Assembly (NCBI GenBank): GCA_038209745.1
Contig: JBBQXJ010000069.1
Coordinates: forward strand, 1-25,798
Direction of reading: 5' to 3'
DNA: 25,798 bases
From: Verrucomicrobiota bacterium
GTDB lineage: Bacteria; Verrucomicrobiota; Verrucomicrobiia; Limisphaerales; CANJSG01
Part shown: positions 1-8,367 of the stretch, in pieces
How positions within the stretch are numbered: the first letter of the stretch is position 1
How the letters are laid out: each line of letters opens with the position of its first letter
Program-made: the position numbers and the translations under genes
The notes under the pieces: generated by a model
Told to the model about the DNA's origin: nothing
Databases searched by the model: none
The model's input: the letters and a program-made list of their open reading frames with translations, nothing else

Positions 1-512
1 TCGATGTCGTCGATGACGTTGACGAGGTGGAAGACGGGATTGCCGTCGCTGCGGACGATGACGAAGTCGGGCTCCATCTTTTCGCGGTCGGTCAGCTCGC
101 GGGTGACATTGCCGACGACTAGATCGGGAATGACAACGGGCTCGCGCTGCATGCGGAAACGGACGGCTCCTTCATGTTCGTACGCTAGGTCCTTGTCCTT
201 CAGTTCCTGGATGCGCCTCTTGTAGACATCCGCACGGGCGGACTGGAAATAGGGACCGTGGGGTCCTTTGCTCGGGCCTTTGTTGTCGCCGGACGTGGGG
301 CCTTCGTCCCAATCCAGTCCGAGCCAGCGGAGGCCGTCCAAGATGACGTCGACGGCTTCCTGAGTATTTCGGGCGTCGTCCGTGTCCTCGATCCGGAGCA
401 CAAAGGTTCCGCCGGTGTGACGGGCATAGAGCCAGTTGAAGATTGCGGTGCGGGCACCTCCGATGTGGAGATAGCCGGTGGGACTTGGGGCGAATCGGAC
501 GCGGACGCTCAT
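1..512 (-). CDS. gltX: Glutamate--tRNA ligase, 5' part (runs off the left edge)
   Basis: Manual translation from the ATG at 512: [45 protein letters not shown]...[12 protein letters not shown], with the class I HIGH-like motif HIGG. Not in the ORF track because it has no stop in the window. Confidence 0.96.
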   Translation of the reverse strand, partial: MSVRVRFAPSPTGYLHIGGARTAIFNWLYARHTGGTFVLRIEDTDDARNTQEAVDVILDGLRWLGLDWDEGPTSGDNKGPSKGPHGPYFQSARADVYKRRIQELKDKDLAYEHEGAVRFRMQREPVVIPDLVVGNVTRELTDREKMEPDFVIVRSDGNPVFHLVNVIDDI

Positions 513-581
513 GGTTTCAAAAATGGGCCGGGACCTTGGCGTTCAGCCAACGATGAAGCAAGCCTGGCTGGTCTTGGGAGG

Positions 582-2297
582 TTAGTTCAGCACCAGCTTG
601 AGCTCGTCCGGGTTGAATCCGGAGTTGTCGAGGGATTCAAGGAGTTGGACCTGTTCCTTGATGCGGCCATTGGCTTTCATGATCGCGGTGGTGATCGCCC
701 GCCATTGCGGCGGAAGGAGCATGTGCTGGGACTTCAGCTCGTCGACCAGAGCGACTGCTTTCTTGGGTTCGTCGTTTCTCAAGTATCCGAATGCGGTCAG
801 GATTTTCAGGTTGGGCTGCTCCGGGTAAAGTCGCATGAGCGACGAAGCAGATTCGAGTGACTGGCGGACCTGGTTCTTGAGCAAAAGGTTGAGGTAGATC
901 ATCGACGTGACGGCGGCTGTATCGCGGCTGTCATAGCGGGCCAATCGTGTGGCGGCGTCCCGGGCGACGGCAAATTCCAGGATGCTGCGTGCGATCCGGT
1001 AGGTCTGACGGTTGGCTTCTATGCCGAAGCGATCGTCGGTCAAGAGCGGGCGATAAGCGTCCAAGGCCACGTCTCTGCGTCCCAAGCGTTCTGCTTCGAT
1101 GGCCACGATCCTAGATTTGAGGACGTTGTTTGTGCTGGAGGCGACAAGTTCCGCCCAGATCCGGTCAGCCTTCGGCTTGTCACCTTGTCGGGTCGCAACC
1201 AGGGCCCGGACGCAGTCGGAGTGGATCGGGTCGATCGGGGAGTTCGTGCGGGACAAGAGGGTCTCGATCTCGGGCCATCGTTTTAGACCCAACAGAGCGT
1301 CGATCCGAGAGGACAGGAGAGTGAGGTTCGTTCCGATCCGCTCGGGGGGCAGCAGCGAAAGGGCCTCGCGATAGGCGGCCTTGCGGTTGAGCCAGTTCAC
1401 CGTGTCGACAAGGATCGTCTCAGAGCCGGTGGACGCCTTGGAGACGACTGATTGGACGACATTTTCGGTGTCGGCCGGTTGAGAAGTTGTTTTCAGATCG
1501 GCCACCAAAAGGAATTCGTTTTCGGTCAGGTTTACCGCCTGGATCCAACCGAGGATTTCGTCGGCTTCTCCTGCCTTCAGTTCTCCGGTGGCGACGAGAC
1601 GTTTCCATGCGTCGACGCGCATGGAATTGGTGGTCTTCCCGAGGTCCCACAGAAGCCTGCGGCCATCGAGCCGTTCTTTCGGGGTGACGTCTGCTGCCAA
1701 AGCGCTCCCGAGCTTGAACTGGATCTCGGCGTCGTTGGGCGCCGCATTGAGCGCCTGTTTGGCCAAGAGGATGGAAGTCTCCATGTCTCCCCGGATGCGG
1801 AAAAAATCGGAGGCCAACGAGAGGGATCGCGCCGGCCTCGGCTTGCTCATCATCAGGCTCTTCAAGTGATCGAATGCGAAGTCGATCCGACCGATACGCA
1901 GGAGAAACTCCACATAGTCCTGGCGCTCAGCGGTTGAAACCTCGCTGCGGCGCATGATGTCGTTCCATAGATCGTTGGCCCGCGAGACGCTTATTTTTTC
2001 GGAGGCCCTAGCCATTTGCCGGAGGTACTCCAACTCGCCGGGCACCATCTGTTGGGCCAGGCGATATTGTTCAACTGAATCTTCCCATCGGCCTTCTTTG
2101 AAGGCTTTCTCGCCTGCCGCGCTGAACTGGCTGCCGCGCCAGATTCTCGCCTCCGCGTAAGCGGACGGGACCGCGAGATAAAGAATCAGGAGAACAACTC
2201 CACAGACCGCGATGCCGACGGTCCATGCGACCAGTTTGGAGAGCCAGGTGCGTTTCTGCGAAGGCACCGTAGTGGGTGACTTTTCTGGAGTTTCCAT
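582..2297 (-). CDS. Membrane-anchored tetratricopeptide-repeat (TPR) protein
   Basis: 571 aa. N-terminal hydrophobic helix (LVAWTVGIAVCGVVLLILYLAV), then TPR-like helical repeats (AFKEGRWEDSVEQYRLAQQMVP; AKQALNAAPNDAEIQFKLGSALA). AGGAAG lies directly upstream, 6 bp after the exosortase stop. Confidence 0.8.
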   Translation of the reverse strand: METPEKSPTTVPSQKRTWLSKLVAWTVGIAVCGVVLLILYLAVPSAYAEARIWRGSQFSAAGEKAFKEGRWEDSVEQYRLAQQMVPGELEYLRQMARASEKISVSRANDLWNDIMRRSEVSTAERQDYVEFLLRIGRIDFAFDHLKSLMMSKPRPARSLSLASDFFRIRGDMETSILLAKQALNAAPNDAEIQFKLGSALAADVTPKERLDGRRLLWDLGKTTNSMRVDAWKRLVATGELKAGEADEILGWIQAVNLTENEFLLVADLKTTSQPADTENVVQSVVSKASTGSETILVDTVNWLNRKAAYREALSLLPPERIGTNLTLLSSRIDALLGLKRWPEIETLLSRTNSPIDPIHSDCVRALVATRQGDKPKADRIWAELVASSTNNVLKSRIVAIEAERLGRRDVALDAYRPLLTDDRFGIEANRQTYRIARSILEFAVARDAATRLARYDSRDTAAVTSMIYLNLLLKNQVRQSLESASSLMRLYPEQPNLKILTAFGYLRNDEPKKAVALVDELKSQHMLLPPQWRAITTAIMKANGRIKEQVQLLESLDNSGFNPDELKLVLN

Positions 2298-2303
2298 CTT
2301 CCT

Positions 2304-3941
2304 TTATTGAGCAGTCGAATCGCCGGTGCTGTGGTAGGAAAACATCTTGTTGATGATGTCGCCCATGACGGTGATCGTCGGTTCCTCTCCCTGATAATAG
2401 AAGACCAGGGAAACGATCTCCATGGCCGACTTGCGATCTCCGGCCTCCTGTAGCCAAGGAACGGCGGTTCCGCGATCAAACGTCTTGCGGTCGTAGTTGA
2501 TGTCCACTGGACGTCCATCGCGCCATACGCCCCAGATCTGTATGGCCATGGTGTCCCGGTTTTTGAACTGGAACGAATACCACGACAGGTCGCGGTCCCC
2601 GATCTTGATCTGGACCTTCTGGGGTTCCCGCTGGATCACATAGCCGGCGCCGGTCATGCATACGTCGGGCCTATGGCCGAGTATGAAAATACTGCCGGCC
2701 GACGGCTTCCAGAAAAACTGGTAGCCTTGGATGCCGCTGCTGATCCGGGGGTCCGTTCCCTGGAAGTTGACTCCGGTGGTGGGTTCCAGAAGATCCATTA
2801 CCCCCTCGGCCGGTTTGTTCGTCAGGATGTTGGAGTTGAGGACGAGATAGGGCGCGGTCTGGTGGCCGATCCGCAGTTCCTGCGCGATCGACCATCCCTC
2901 CACCCCGATGAATCCCACGGCTGCCAAGATTGCGGCGAACTTCAATGGGCCGAGCCTTTTCAAGGGCCGGCCGATGGTCGCAAGAATTGCTTTGCCCCCG
3001 GAACCTTGGGCTGTGGGCCTGTTGTTTAACCAGCGCCCGGAGACCCAGACAATCACCGGGAGTCCGAGCGAGACGAGTCCGCCGACCCAATCATGGATCG
3101 TGTGGTCCATGCCCAGGAAACTATGGTGACGACCCAAGACATCCAGACCCTCCCGGTCAACGGCCCAACACAGGATGAGAGTCCGGCTCAGGTTGAGCAT
3201 CATGGCTCCGGAGAAAGCGATGAGCACCATTAGCCAGCGCCTTGGCACTGTCAGAAGGAACAGCTCGCCGATGGCGATCCCATACATGATTCCCGATTGC
3301 AGCGAACGAATCCCTGAACAGGCCTCGTCGATGCCGACTCTTCCCGGCTTCATCGCGATGACGGTTCCTTCCCGGTGCGCGATGAAACCAAGCCAATGCA
3401 AGATTTCCGTGATCGCCCCGGACACCCTTTCTGCAAGTCCGGCGACAACCGGTTGTTCGATCACGGACAGCCACGGAGCCGAAATGAGAAGGAAACAGGT
3501 GGGGAAAATCATCGCCCTCCGAAGCTTCTTCCCTCCCATCCATCCGAGAGTCAGGAGCGTGATGGCCACGGCGTTGGCGCCGATGACCCAGACCAAGGTG
3601 CGGGACAATGGGCTCCGTTGACGGGCGAGTTCGAGCGGGGTGATCGCCGCGCAGAGGATGACGAGCAGGAAAACGCCCTTTGCCGTGTCGCGTGCCTTGG
3701 GCGGGTTCAGCGCCATCGGATTGGCCGCAGCGAAGAGCGAGAGTCTGCGCCAGAAGAAGAACACCCCCAGGAACGGGACGAGCCAGCCGTAAGCGTATTG
3801 AGGCAGGTAGATCCAATACTGCGAGAAGGCGTGGAAAGTCCACAGCCAGGCCACTCCGATAATCGCGAGCGGTGGCCATTGTAATCGCGGAGTTTTGACG
3901 CTTCCGGCCGCCTCCGATACGGCTGCAACACTCGAACTCAT
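2304..3941 (-). CDS. Exosortase/archaeosortase-family transpeptidase with C-terminal EpsI-like domain
   Basis: Multi-TM protein with exosortase triad contexts: Cys (IDEACSGIRSL), Arg (LNLSRTLIL), His (IHDWVG). The C-terminal soluble domain has the EpsI-like HRPDVCMTGAGY motif. Confidence 0.9.
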   Translation of the reverse strand: MSSSVAAVSEAAGSVKTPRLQWPPLAIIGVAWLWTFHAFSQYWIYLPQYAYGWLVPFLGVFFFWRRLSLFAAANPMALNPPKARDTAKGVFLLVILCAAITPLELARQRSPLSRTLVWVIGANAVAITLLTLGWMGGKKLRRAMIFPTCFLLISAPWLSVIEQPVVAGLAERVSGAITEILHWLGFIAHREGTVIAMKPGRVGIDEACSGIRSLQSGIMYGIAIGELFLLTVPRRWLMVLIAFSGAMMLNLSRTLILCWAVDREGLDVLGRHHSFLGMDHTIHDWVGGLVSLGLPVIVWVSGRWLNNRPTAQGSGGKAILATIGRPLKRLGPLKFAAILAAVGFIGVEGWSIAQELRIGHQTAPYLVLNSNILTNKPAEGVMDLLEPTTGVNFQGTDPRISSGIQGYQFFWKPSAGSIFILGHRPDVCMTGAGYVIQREPQKVQIKIGDRDLSWYSFQFKNRDTMAIQIWGVWRDGRPVDINYDRKTFDRGTAVPWLQEAGDRKSAMEIVSLVFYYQGEEPTITVMGDIINKMFSYHSTGDSTAQ

Positions 3942-3949
3942 GACCGTCG

Positions 3950-3977
3950 ACTATAGGTTGGCGCCGGTTGTTGGCAA
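3950..3977 (-). promoter_or_regulatory. Putative sigma70-type promoter of the exosortase gene (near-leaderless)
   Basis: Minus strand reads TTGCCA-N16-TATAGT, then only 8 nt to the ATG at 3941; no Shine-Dalgarno sequence. Confidence 0.55.
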
Positions 3978-4056
3978 TGGTCCATCGGCGGGTCTGTTTT
4001 TGACATGGCTGCAGATAATGACGGTGGGAATGGTCTGAGCCTGAAGAAGAAACGCT

Positions 4057-4434
4057 TCAGGTCTCGATTACGACGGCCGCAGCGGCGTGGCTTCCGGTGT
4101 GGGTCAGGCTAAGAAGGATTCGATTGCCCCCTTTGATCCGCATCAACTCAAGACCTTTGTCCCGAAGTTCGACATGGGGAGCTCCCGATGAAAGCCGTTT
4201 AACGACAATGTCCTGCCAACCGAGCTCAGCCCCAATTCCCGTTCCCAAGGCCTTCGAGACTGCTTCTTTGGCGGCGAACCGGGCTGCGATGAACGGACCA
4301 GGATTTTTTTGGGCCCGACAGTAGGCCATCTCCTCGGGATGGAGCACCCGCTCAATGAAACGACTTCCGAATCGTTGCACGGCCTGCTCGATTCGGGAGA
4401 CTTCGACCAGATCGATTCCGATGCCGAGAACCAT
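4057..4434 (-). CDS. acpS: Holo-[acyl-carrier-protein] synthase
   Basis: Motifs GIGIDLV and RFAAKEAVSKALGTG; 125 aa; classic position directly after pdxJ. Confidence 0.96.
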   Translation of the reverse strand: MVLGIGIDLVEVSRIEQAVQRFGSRFIERVLHPEEMAYCRAQKNPGPFIAARFAAKEAVSKALGTGIGAELGWQDIVVKRLSSGAPHVELRDKGLELMRIKGGNRILLSLTHTGSHAAAAVVIET

Positions 4435-4436
4435 GG

Positions 4437-5177
4437 TCAGGGGGTGTATCCTTTCATCAGTTCCAGCATGTCGACCACAGCGCGGCTGATCCCGGTAAAC
4501 ACGGCGCGGCTGACGATGCTGTGGCCGATGTTCAGTTCTTCGAGGTGGGGGACCGCGTGCAGGACCGGGAGATTCTCGTAGTTGAGTCCATGCCCGGCAT
4601 TGACCCGGATGCCGAGGGAATGCGCCTTCCGGGCTGCGGCAACCAAGCGCGCCAGCTCGGCGTTTCGGCGGTCCTTGTGATGGAAGTGTTCGGCGTAGGC
4701 TCCAGTGTGGAGCTCAATGAAGCCGGCACCGGTCCGCGCCGTGGCGTCGATCTGGACGGCGTCGGGATTGATGAAGAGGCTGACTTCTATGCCGGCTTCG
4801 TGGAACCGGGTGCAGGTCTCCTTGATCGACGCCTCATGGGCCGCCACATCCAACCCTCCCTCTGTCGTGATCTCCCGCCGATTTTCCGGCACGAGACAGA
4901 CGATGTCCGGCTTGATGCCCAGCGCGATGGCAACGATTTCGGGGGTGTTGGCCATTTCGAGGTTCAGACGCGTGCGAATGGAATCGCGGAGGCGGCGGAC
5001 GTCTCGATCGACGATATGGCGACGGTCTTCACGCAGGTGCGCCGTGATTCCATGGGCTCCGGCGGCTTCGCAAGTCAAAGCAGCGGCCACAGGATCGGGC
5101 TCACCACTGGCTTGGCCACGATAGCGCGCCTCGCGAAGCGTGGCGACGTGGTCGATGTTGACGCCCAGTTTCAGCAT
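4437..5177 (-). CDS. pdxJ: Pyridoxine 5'-phosphate synthase
   Basis: Motifs [35 protein letters not shown] and ELNIGHSI. Confidence 0.98.
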   Translation of the reverse strand: MLKLGVNIDHVATLREARYRGQASGEPDPVAAALTCEAAGAHGITAHLREDRRHIVDRDVRRLRDSIRTRLNLEMANTPEIVAIALGIKPDIVCLVPENRREITTEGGLDVAAHEASIKETCTRFHEAGIEVSLFINPDAVQIDATARTGAGFIELHTGAYAEHFHHKDRRNAELARLVAAARKAHSLGIRVNAGHGLNYENLPVLHAVPHLEELNIGHSIVSRAVFTGISRAVVDMLELMKGYTP

Positions 5178-5181
5178 GGGA

Positions 5182-6759
5182 TCAGGGATGGCCGATTGTT
5201 GGCGATGATGGGGTTCTGGCTCTTCTGGACGAAGCGAGACTGGCGGGCGAATCGGCTAACCACCGCGCAAAATAAACGATCTCGAATCCAGTCATGCCCA
5301 GATGCGACTTGCGGCTGATCGCCAGTTCGTTTGGGCCCGATACCGTCATCTCGGTGATTGTGTTGCCGAGTTGGTCGGCGATTTCCTGGAGGAACCGCTC
5401 GGTCACGATGAACCGTCTCTGGGCGACTGCTGGATCCAGCAGGGAGGTTTTTTGACCCAACACGGGGACCAATTGGGACAAAACCCTCCAATACCCGACT
5501 CGTTCCTGGGTGATTTCCCAGTCGTAGACCACCACGTCTTTGCGTCGAGTAAACTGAGAAAGGAGTCCTTCCGGAGCGGGAATCGGCTTTCTGGTGGGAA
5601 TCATAGGAACAAGACCTCCCGCCAACCAATCGCCAGAGGCGTCGTTGGTGACGGCGATTTTCGGCACCACCAATGACAGACCCTCGATCTCGAGCGACGC
5701 CTTGTTCGAGGACACGCCGACCACGCCTGAATTGTCCGCTGCCAAAACCGGGTTCCATCGCATCGGCAGGGTCTCTGAGAGGCGCCCGAGTTCCCGGGAG
5801 GGTTGCGCGGAGGCGATAGCGAAGTAGGTCTGGAAGGGCACTTCGGACAAGGTCCAGTGGAACGCTTGGGACTGCTTCAGCCCATCACCAAGAAAGTCCG
5901 AGAGCATTCCCGTGTCGACTGCTAAGGGACCGAGAGCCCGGATCGCGGTGAACGCGACGAGAGGATCGTGAACCAAGTTCGTGGGCACGTTCCATGGAGT
6001 ATTGCTCCAACTCAATCTGCCCGGGAAAGTTACGCTGCCTTCTGTTTTCAGAAATTCCTTCTGGGCGGTGAGCGTCAGATTCAATCGGCCCAATTTGACC
6101 GGAGATGGCGCCCAACCCCCAAGTTTTGAAAGGGCGGGAAGATCGGCCTCAAGCTTCAGCAGAACGGCGTTCGAGTCTGGAGAGCCCTTGGGAGCGGACG
6201 AGGGAACGATCAAGGCTTTGATTCGCGATTCAAGGTCCCGAACAGCTGGCGCCTTGCCGGTTCCAGCCAGCGCGACAACCCACTCGCCGTCGCGCTTGGC
6301 CGTCAGGTGGGCCGTGGTGTTTTTATCGGAAAGACCGAGGTCGCCGGCGGCGGTTTGGATTTCCCGGATGAAGGTCTCGCCTTCTCCCGCCGCCAAGTGC
6401 GCTGCGAAAAGGCCCGTCCACGTGCTGCCGGACTGGCTGATTTCCACGGCGGAATCAGAAAGAAGCAGGAGGTCCAATGCCTTGGCCAAATGAGGGTTGC
6501 TCGCGGCTGCCTTGCCGGAAGATTTTGCGATCCACGCGGAGAACCGCGCTTCAGCGAGATGCCGGAAGGCGATCGCATTGGTGGTCGAAAGGATGGCGAA
6601 GGCTTTGGGCTTCACTGGAAGATCGGCGACGGATTCCGTGCCGACGAACCGGTGGCGGTAGATGACGGAGGGCGAGGAGGCTCCGTCCGCGTTCAGGACG
6701 GCACAGCCCGTGACGCAGCAGCTCACTGACAGCAAGAGATACCAGATTTTCCAGCTCAT
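5182..6759 (-). CDS. Uncharacterised exported protein, probable lipoprotein
   Basis: 525-aa ORF; signal-like N-terminus [19 protein letters not shown] with a lipobox-like VTGC; stop is 4 bp before the pdxJ start. No family recognised. Confidence 0.7.
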   Translation of the reverse strand: MSWKIWYLLLSVSCCVTGCAVLNADGASSPSVIYRHRFVGTESVADLPVKPKAFAILSTTNAIAFRHLAEARFSAWIAKSSGKAAASNPHLAKALDLLLLSDSAVEISQSGSTWTGLFAAHLAAGEGETFIREIQTAAGDLGLSDKNTTAHLTAKRDGEWVVALAGTGKAPAVRDLESRIKALIVPSSAPKGSPDSNAVLLKLEADLPALSKLGGWAPSPVKLGRLNLTLTAQKEFLKTEGSVTFPGRLSWSNTPWNVPTNLVHDPLVAFTAIRALGPLAVDTGMLSDFLGDGLKQSQAFHWTLSEVPFQTYFAIASAQPSRELGRLSETLPMRWNPVLAADNSGVVGVSSNKASLEIEGLSLVVPKIAVTNDASGDWLAGGLVPMIPTRKPIPAPEGLLSQFTRRKDVVVYDWEITQERVGYWRVLSQLVPVLGQKTSLLDPAVAQRRFIVTERFLQEIADQLGNTITEMTVSGPNELAISRKSHLGMTGFEIVYFARWLADSPASLASSRRARTPSSPTIGHP

Positions 6760-7007
6760 CGACGCGGAGAGTTATCCGGAGGTTTGGTCGGTTGGCAATG
6801 CACGAATCGGGCTTGGGACTGTCAAAACTTACAAACGGATCCTTGGTTAAAAGCCAATTGAATCAATCCCCCTCTGATTCTTGGCCGATCAGCGCTCTCG
6901 GCATCGCCGATCTGGGCAGACTTTAGCGGTCCAGTTTCGATTGTCGTTTGTGCCCGCCGACTGTCTCAGGAGAGCCGTGAATGTTTCCCGGCTGGAGCGT
7001 GGAAAAG

Positions 7008-7048
7008 TGTGAATCCCTCCGCCATTGTGAATCCCTCGGCCATTGTGA
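7008..7048. repeat. 18-bp tandem direct repeat (about 2.3 copies)
   Basis: TGTGAATCCCTCCGCCAT (7008-7025), TGTGAATCCCTCGGCCAT (7026-7043), then TGTGA; one mismatch between the full copies. Confidence 0.9.
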
Positions 7049-7092
7049 TGCGTCTCTACATTGCGTTCCTATTCACGAATCTGCCTTTCAAA

Positions 7093-7605
7093 ATGAAAAC
7101 CATCCTCGCCGCTGTCGCCATTGTCGCTCTGACCGTTTCTACCTTCGGCGCAACTCCAAAGTCGGGAGATACCGCCCCGAAGTTTGAAGCGACCGCCACC
7201 GACGGAACAGTTCTGAAGCTCGCCGATTTTTCCGGCAAGCAGGCCGTGCTCCTCTACTTCTACCCCAAGGACAACACCCCCGGCTGCACCAAGGAAGCCT
7301 GCACCTTGCGCGACCGGATGGGAGATCTGATCAAGCAGGGAGTCCAGGTGATCGGGGTCAGCCGGGACACCGACGAGAGCCACAAGAAGTTCATCGCCGA
7401 TCACAAGCTCAATTTCCCCCTCATCGCGGATCCCGACGGCAAGCTCGTCGCCCTCTTCGACGTCGGCATGAAGGACCGCAAGATGGCCCGCCGGGTCAGC
7501 TTTCTCATCGGGAAGGACGGTAAGATCGTCCACGTCACCGACACCGCTTCGGCGGACGTCCATCTCGCTGAAATGCAGGAGGCCGCCGCGAAGTTGGCCA
7601 AGTGA
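7093..7605 (+). CDS. bcp: Peroxiredoxin, BCP/PrxQ family, with signal peptide
   Basis: Motif YFYPKDNTPGCTKEAC (PxxxTxxC plus resolving Cys), VIGVS and the conserved Arg in RRVSFLIGKDGKI. The ATG at 7093 (MKTILAAVAIVALTVSTFG) is preferred over the ORF-track start at 7009. Confidence 0.92.
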   Translation: MKTILAAVAIVALTVSTFGATPKSGDTAPKFEATATDGTVLKLADFSGKQAVLLYFYPKDNTPGCTKEACTLRDRMGDLIKQGVQVIGVSRDTDESHKKFIADHKLNFPLIADPDGKLVALFDVGMKDRKMARRVSFLIGKDGKIVHVTDTASADVHLAEMQEAAAKLAK

Positions 7606-7618
7606 TGCCCGTTCGGCC

Positions 7619-7816
7619 TCAACCGCCAAAGCAAAGGTCGCGGACGACTTTTTCGACCGCGTTGCGGCTTTGGCCGGTGCGTTTCTGGATCCGGCCGATC
7701 AGTTCCTCCTGCTGACCGGCGACGTATTTCAAGTCGTCGTCCGTCAGTTGGGACCATTTCTGTTTCAGTTTGCGTTTTATAGTGGCCCAGTCGCCTTTGA
7801 TGGTGAATTTCGTCAT
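7619..7816 (-). CDS. csbD: CsbD/YjbJ-family general stress protein
   Basis: IKGDWATIKRKLKQKWSQLTDDDLKYVAGQQEELIGRIQKRTG matches the YjbJ/CsbD pattern (G.W...KG..K..WG.LTDDDL....G....L.G.IQ.R.G). Confidence 0.9.
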   Translation of the reverse strand: MTKFTIKGDWATIKRKLKQKWSQLTDDDLKYVAGQQEELIGRIQKRTGQSRNAVEKVVRDLCFGG

Positions 7817-7986
7817 AGTATGGATCTCAGGGCAGGACTGATCCGATCACGGCGCCGTGTCCGAAGGTTTCGGGTCAGAACCGCGTCCATCTTGCCTGCA
7901 CGAGGACTTGGCAGTGTGGCTGACGACGGTGGGACGCGGCGAGAACCAATCATGGTCATCTGGAACGACGCTCAGGGTTCTTTTTA

Positions 7987-8059
7987 GGGAACCGCTGATT
8001 TAATCGCGCTCCCACGGAAAGCGAGCTGACGCGGGAGCGCGATTAAATCAGCGGTTCCC
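7987..8059. repeat. Perfect 27-bp inverted repeat with 19-nt spacer (MITE/REP-like)
   Basis: GGGAACCGCTGATTTAATCGCGCTCCC (7987-8013) and its exact reverse complement at 8033-8059. Confidence 0.9.
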
Positions 8060-8234
8060 AAAAGACTCTGCTGGGAATCCTGCATGGTCGGTTCGATTGA
8101 TTCAGTGTTGTTGTCTTCTATCGTTGCCAAAGCTGCAGCTAGCGGTGATGGTGCGATCAGATTTCGGGAGTAACTGCCGACAGCCTCGGACGTTCAGATG
8201 TTGTTTCCCCGGTTTGGCCGGCGGGAATAGATGC

Positions 8235-8263
8235 TTGACGGTCATTTTTGCGGTTGGCAGATT
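8235..8263 (+). promoter_or_regulatory. Putative sigma70 promoter of the nusA operon
   Basis: TTGACG-N17-CAGATT with TG immediately upstream of the -10 box (extended -10). Confidence 0.5.
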
Positions 8264-8305
8264 CCGAATAGAATACGGTAAGAATGCCGGGTTAAACCGG
8301 CGCGG

Positions 8306-8337
8306 AAGTCGGAGAAGCCAATTCTGCCGACTTTTTT
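8306..8337 (+). terminator. Terminator-like hairpin in the nusA leader (putative attenuator)
   Basis: AAGTCGG-AGAA / GCCAA loop / TTCT-G-CCGACTT followed by a T run, about 30 nt before the nusA ATG. A small GCCGG-GTTAAA-CCGGC hairpin (8286-8301) precedes it. Confidence 0.65.
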
Positions 8338-8367
8338 GTTCCCCGGAAGGGGCGATGTCACGTGCCT

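Noticed and set aside
7009..7092. N-terminal extension of BCP (MNPSAIVNPSAIV...) in the ORF track
   Set aside because: It is a by-product of the 18-bp upstream repeat being in frame; the ATG at 7093 gives a clean signal peptide.
8085..8105. GGTTCGATT resembling a tRNA T-loop upstream of nusA, where metY lies in enterobacteria
   Set aside because: The flanks do not pair into a T-stem, and no cloverleaf or CCA end can be built.
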